Origin: Candidatus Woesearchaeota archaeon
GTDB lineage: Archaea; Nanobdellota; Nanobdellia; Pacearchaeales; GW2011-AR1
Assembly: GCA_964417865.1 (NCBI GenBank)
Contig: CAYQJI010000002.1
Location: 238 to 48,381, forward strand
Length of the DNA stretch: 48,144 nt
Reading direction: 5' to 3'
In this document: piece after piece, positions 45,323-48,144 of the stretch
Layout of the letters: every line of letters starts with the position of its first letter
How positions within the stretch are numbered: the stretch's first letter is position 1
The notes under the pieces: model-generated
Database searches by the model: none
Told to the model about the DNA's origin: nothing
Seen by the model: the letters and a program-made list of their open reading frames with translations, nothing else
Made by a program: the position numbers and the translations under genes

Positions 45323-45656
45323 AAATAAAAAAATAAAAATTAAAGTAAAAGATTGTAGCTTTTTTGAAATGTTTATTGGACTAATGTTTTCTAAAAAAGA
45401 AAAAGCGAACGCATTACTTTTTGAATTTAAAAAAGAAAGAAAAATTATAATTCACTCTTTTTTTGTTTTTTATCCCTTCCTTGCTTTGTGGTGTGACAAA
45501 AAAAATAATATTTTAGAAATAAAAAAAGTTTATCCTTTTTCTTTTACAATTATCCCAAGATTTAAATCTAATAAATTAATAGAGATACCTATCAATAAAA
45601 AATACAAAAATTATAGAAAAATTTTACGAGATTTTCCGTCGATTAGAAAGATTTAA
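45294..45656 (+). CDS. DUF192-like protein
   Basis: 120 aa with FIGLMFSKKEKANALLFEF..., resembling the DUF192 G-L-M...L-L-F core. It overlaps the preceding gene by 29 nt. Confidence 0.45.
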   Translation: MNKEIYLFYKNKKIKIKVKDCSFFEMFIGLMFSKKEKANALLFEFKKERKIIIHSFFVFYPFLALWCDKKNNILEIKKVYPFSFTIIPRFKSNKLIEIPINKKYKNYRKILRDFPSIRKI

Positions 45657-45702
45657 ATATACCATTGTATAATAAATTATATTAAAATAAAAGGAGGTTA
45701 AT

Positions 45703-45846
45703 ATGGGATCAATCGTTGTTAAAAACGCTGTTCAAAGAAAACCTGGATTTCTTTATTACATAGATGCAAAAGGAAATGTTTGCGAAGCAAAGATGTCTAG
45801 GGGTGGAAAAAAGAAAAAAGCTAAACCTAAAAAAAAGAAAAAGTAA
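45703..45846 (+). CDS. Small (47 aa) basic protein MGSIVVKNAVQRKPGFLYYIDAKGNVCEAKMSRGGKKKKAKPKKKKK
   Basis: It has the strongest Shine-Dalgarno sequence in the window (AAGGAGGT, 5 nt before the ATG), a clean ATG-to-TAA frame, and an oligo-T-rich region downstream. It is absent from the ORF track because of its size. Confidence 0.55.
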   Translation: MGSIVVKNAVQRKPGFLYYIDAKGNVCEAKMSRGGKKKKAKPKKKKK

Positions 45847-45923
45847 ATAGGTTTAGTTTTTATTAATCTTTAATCTTTTTTATTTTTTTATAAATTTATA
45901 AACTTCTTAATTTTATTTTTTTT

Positions 45924-46913
45924 ATGTCAACAATATTAGGCATAGAGTCTACTGCTCACACTTTTGGAATTGGTGTTGTAAAAGATGGAAAAATTCTTTC
46001 TAATATAAAAAAAACTTATACCACTAAAGAAGGTGGAATTATTCCAATAGAAGCAGCAAAACATCATAGAGAAAATAAGAATTTAATTTATAATGAAAGT
46101 TTAATACAATCAAAAATAAAAGAATCTGATATTGATGCAATCTCATTTTCTCAAGGTCCTGGTTTACCTCCGTGTTTACTAGAAGGTTTAAAATTTGCGA
46201 AAGAACTATCCCTAAAATTAAAAAAACCTTTAATCCCAGTTAATCATTGTGTTGCTCATCTTGAAATTGGCAGATTAACAAATGCAAAAGACCCATTAAT
46301 GCTTTATGTTTCAGGAGCAAATACTCAAATAATAGCATATTCAAACGGAAAATATAGAATCTTTGGAGAAACTTTAGACTTGGGTGTTGGTAATTTTTTA
46401 GATATGTTTGCAAGAGAAATGAAAATTGGCTTTCCAGGTGGTCCTATAATCCAAAATTTGGCTAAATTTGGAAAAAATTATATAGAATTGCCCTATGTCG
46501 TTAAAGGAATGGATCTTTCCTTGTCAGGAATTCTTACAAATTTAAAACAAAAAATAAAATCTAATAAATATTCTTTTGAAGATTTATCTTATTCTACTCA
46601 GGAAACAGTTTTTGCAATGCTTTTAGAATGCGCTGAGAGAGCTATGGCCCATACAGGGAAAAAAGAACTTCTCTTAGGAGGAGGAGTCTCTTGTAATTCA
46701 AGATTAAAAGAGATGGCTGAAATTATGTGTAAAGAAAGAAACGCAAAATTATTTGTTCCAGAAAATCAGTTTCTATCTGATAATGGTGCTATGATTGCTT
46801 ATACAGGAGAGATAATGTTTAATTCTGGAATAAGAATTCAATCTGAGAAAATAGAATATTTAGAAATAAAACCAAGACAAAGGACAGACGAATTGGAAGT
46901 TTTATGGAAATAA
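45924..46913 (+). CDS. kae1: Kae1 (tRNA N6-adenosine threonylcarbamoyltransferase, TsaD/Kae1/OSGEP family), not fused to Bud32
   Basis: LGIESTAHTFGIGVV, NHCVAHLE (metal-binding His pair), SGANTQI and GGGVSCNSRL motifs. Confidence 0.88.
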   Translation: MSTILGIESTAHTFGIGVVKDGKILSNIKKTYTTKEGGIIPIEAAKHHRENKNLIYNESLIQSKIKESDIDAISFSQGPGLPPCLLEGLKFAKELSLKLKKPLIPVNHCVAHLEIGRLTNAKDPLMLYVSGANTQIIAYSNGKYRIFGETLDLGVGNFLDMFAREMKIGFPGGPIIQNLAKFGKNYIELPYVVKGMDLSLSGILTNLKQKIKSNKYSFEDLSYSTQETVFAMLLECAERAMAHTGKKELLLGGGVSCNSRLKEMAEIMCKERNAKLFVPENQFLSDNGAMIAYTGEIMFNSGIRIQSEKIEYLEIKPRQRTDELEVLWK

Positions 46914-46972
46914 CTTAAATAAGTAAAATAAAAAAAGAATAAAAATTTAAACTCATATCCTATGAATATTAT

Positions 46973-47188
46973 ATGAATTCAGCATTAACCTCTATACTCA
47001 CTGCTATTCCTTATCTTATTTCAAGTCTTGTCTCAGTTATTTTTGCATTAATGTTTTATACAATTCCTTATTTAAGGAGATTAAAACCAAAATATCTCCT
47101 TGTAGCAAGAATGAGCTTTCTTGGTTGTTCATTATTAACTTTTGTTATAGGATTTTTAACCTTAATAACTCCTTATCTCCTGAAGTAA
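46973..47188 (+). CDS. Small hydrophobic protein (2 TM helices)
   Basis: 71-aa ORF with two hydrophobic helices separated by RRLKPK. Confidence 0.35.
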   Translation: MNSALTSILTAIPYLISSLVSVIFALMFYTIPYLRRLKPKYLLVARMSFLGCSLLTFVIGFLTLITPYLLK

Positions 47189-47205
47189 TTTTAAAATAGA
47201 AAAAG

Positions 47206-47213
47206 TTTATAAA
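47206..47213 (+). promoter_or_regulatory. Archaeal TATA box candidate (TTTATAAA, preceded by a purine-rich BRE-like AGAAAAAG) for the L7Ae-S28e-L24e operon
   Basis: Consensus-like TATA element 80-87 nt upstream of the L7Ae ATG. It predicts a transcription start near 47235. Confidence 0.4.
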
Positions 47214-47234
47214 CCCCCTTAAATTTAATTTTTT

Positions 47235-47257
47235 ATCCGATGAACAATAGGGAGGAT
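47235..47257 (+). promoter_or_regulatory. K-turn-like hairpin in the L7Ae leader (candidate L7Ae autoregulatory site)
   Basis: AUCC-GAU-GA-AC-AAUA-GG-GA-GGAU. This comprises a 4-bp Watson-Crick C-stem (AUCC/GGAU), a 3-nt bulge, tandem sheared G.A/A.G positions, a short NC stem and a tetraloop. It lies 36 nt upstream of the L7Ae ATG. Confidence 0.45.
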
Positions 47258-47292
47258 CTCTCTATTTTATTAAATAAATTAAAAATTTTAAA

Positions 47293-47595
47293 ATGGTTGA
47301 CGTATACAAAATCTTAGAGAAAGTCAAAAAAACAGGGAAAATAGAAAAAGGGACTAATGAAGTGACTAAAGCTATTGAAAGAGGAACTGCTAAACTCGTT
47401 GTTTATGCTAGTGATGTTGAACCAAAAGAAATTATCCAACATCTTCCTTTATTATGTAAAGAGAAAAAGATTCCTTGTTTAGAAGTTGACAGCAAAAAGA
47501 AATTAGGATTAGCTGTAGGATTGCCTGTTTCATCTTCTTCTGTAGCTGTAATTGATGCAGGTGAAGCAGAATCAGAAATTAATTCAATAAAATAA
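47293..47595 (+). CDS. rpl7ae: 50S ribosomal protein L7Ae (K-turn binding protein)
   Basis: [46 protein letters not shown] motif block. It is the first gene of the conserved L7Ae-S28e-L24e arrangement. Confidence 0.9.
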   Translation: MVDVYKILEKVKKTGKIEKGTNEVTKAIERGTAKLVVYASDVEPKEIIQHLPLLCKEKKIPCLEVDSKKKLGLAVGLPVSSSSVAVIDAGEAESEINSIK

Positions 47596-47624
47596 ATTAA
47601 GTTTTTAACTGAAGATAAAATAAA

Positions 47625-47927
47625 ATGGCTTCTCAAAACAAAGCAAATAAAAAAGAAAATCAAAATCAGCAACAATCTCAGAAAAAAGACAAGATTAATA
47701 CCGGCGAAGCTGTTCCAGCATTGGTTGAAGAGATAATTGGAAGAACAGGATTTAGAGGAGAAATTACTCAAGTTAAATGTTTGATTCAGGAGGGTAAGGA
47801 TAAAGGGAGATCTATGAGAAGGAATGTTAAAGGACCTGTAAGGGTAGGAGACATTTTAATGTTAAGAGAAACTGAAATAGAAGCAAGAAAAATAAGATCG
47901 AGTGTTACAAAAGGAGCTTATAGTTAA
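47625..47927 (+). CDS. rps28e: 30S ribosomal protein S28e, with an N/Q/K-rich N-terminal extension of about 30 aa if the ATG at 47625 is used
   Basis: Core [53 protein letters not shown]. Confidence 0.88.
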   Translation: MASQNKANKKENQNQQQSQKKDKINTGEAVPALVEEIIGRTGFRGEITQVKCLIQEGKDKGRSMRRNVKGPVRVGDILMLRETEIEARKIRSSVTKGAYS

Positions 47928-47928
47928 A

Positions 47929-48138
47929 ATGACAAAATGTTCTTATTGCGGGAGAGAGTATGAAAATCCAAGAGGTTTAACCTATGTTTTAAAAGACGGA
48001 ACTGTAAAATATTTATGTTCATCTAAATGCAGGAAAAATATGTTTCTAAAAAGAAGGAAAGTAAATTGGATTAGAAAATCTTCTCATAAAAAAGAAGAAA
48101 CTACAAAAAAACAAGAAAAATCTAAAAAATCTAAGTAA
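47929..48138 (+). CDS. rpl24e: 50S ribosomal protein L24e
   Basis: MTKCSYCGREYENPRGLTYVLKDGTVKYLCSSKCRKN zinc-ribbon core. The ATG at 47929 is preceded by AAAGGAGC; the track ORF starts at an upstream GTG (47902) that overlaps S28e. Confidence 0.88.
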   Translation: MTKCSYCGREYENPRGLTYVLKDGTVKYLCSSKCRKNMFLKRRKVNWIRKSSHKKEETTKKQEKSKKSK

Positions 48139-48144
48139 ATTTTT

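Noticed and set aside
2614-47771. About two dozen ORFs of 60-127 aa in the track lie antisense to, or out of frame within, strongly conserved genes. They are 2614..2886, 7024..7224, 16009..16233, 17318..17509, 17564..17746, 23246..23536, 23682..23864, 25665..25898, 28126..28383, 28283..28615, 29971..30300, 30030..30281, 30569..30760, 31063..31290, 33603..33842, 34657..34905, 35393..35776, 38356..38550, 39288..39581, 40963..41148, 41979..42206, 43492..43755 and 47403..47771.
   Set aside because: Each is fully embedded in a gene with unambiguous family motifs on the other strand or frame. Their F/L/I/S-rich low-complexity translations are what the antisense of K/E/N-rich AT-rich coding sequence produces. 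None has a recognisable motif or an RBS.
1-48144. CRISPR arrays, tandem repeats, IS elements, and defence or toxin-antitoxin modules
   Set aside because: Scanning the spacers and ORF set by eye, I saw no regularly spaced direct repeats, no transposase, integrase or Cas-like motifs, and no recognisable defence-system genes. Short or degenerate elements could have escaped a manual scan.

Overview
This is a very AT-rich (by eye well under 35% G+C), gene-dense archaeal chromosome segment. Several things suggest a small-genome DPANN-type archaeon, though I cannot verify that: the archaeal information-processing genes, a form II/III-like RuBisCO, short intergenic spacers and generally shortened proteins. 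The core is the archaeal 'str'-type transcription/translation cluster on the minus strand (rpoH-rpoB-rpoA-nusA-S12-S7 ... EF-2 ... EF-1alpha), and an L7Ae-S28e-L24e operon sits at the right edge. Other recognisable content includes corA (5' partial), an AmmeMemoRadiSam trio, RuBisCO, RNase HII, an SMC-family ATPase, archaeal DnaG, Kae1 and a TtuA/NcsA-type tRNA thiolase. There is also a co-directional nucleotide-metabolism module (nrdR-nrdJ-dut plus a long ThyX-like protein), three tRNAs (Tyr-GTA, initiator Met-CAT, Lys-TTT) and several secreted or membrane proteins. I saw no CRISPR array, transposase, integrase or recognisable defence system. The observations most worth follow-up are listed here.

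- The SMC-type ATPase has no hinge region and carries a Rad50-style CxxC exactly at the midpoint of the coiled coil.
- RpoA is encoded as one unsplit 1165-aa ORF, with the usual A'/A'' junction region deleted.
- A 535-aa tandem ThyX-like protein retains complementary motifs in its two halves.
- The Memo-like gene is interrupted by one in-frame TAA, with conserved sequence on both sides.
- A bacterial-type NrdR is present, with an NrdR-box-like palindrome at its own 5' end.
- A K-turn-like hairpin lies at the predicted 5' end of the L7Ae transcript.
- The initiator tRNA has C33 and an irregular T arm.

All protein family calls come from motif recognition by eye, and no database search was run.
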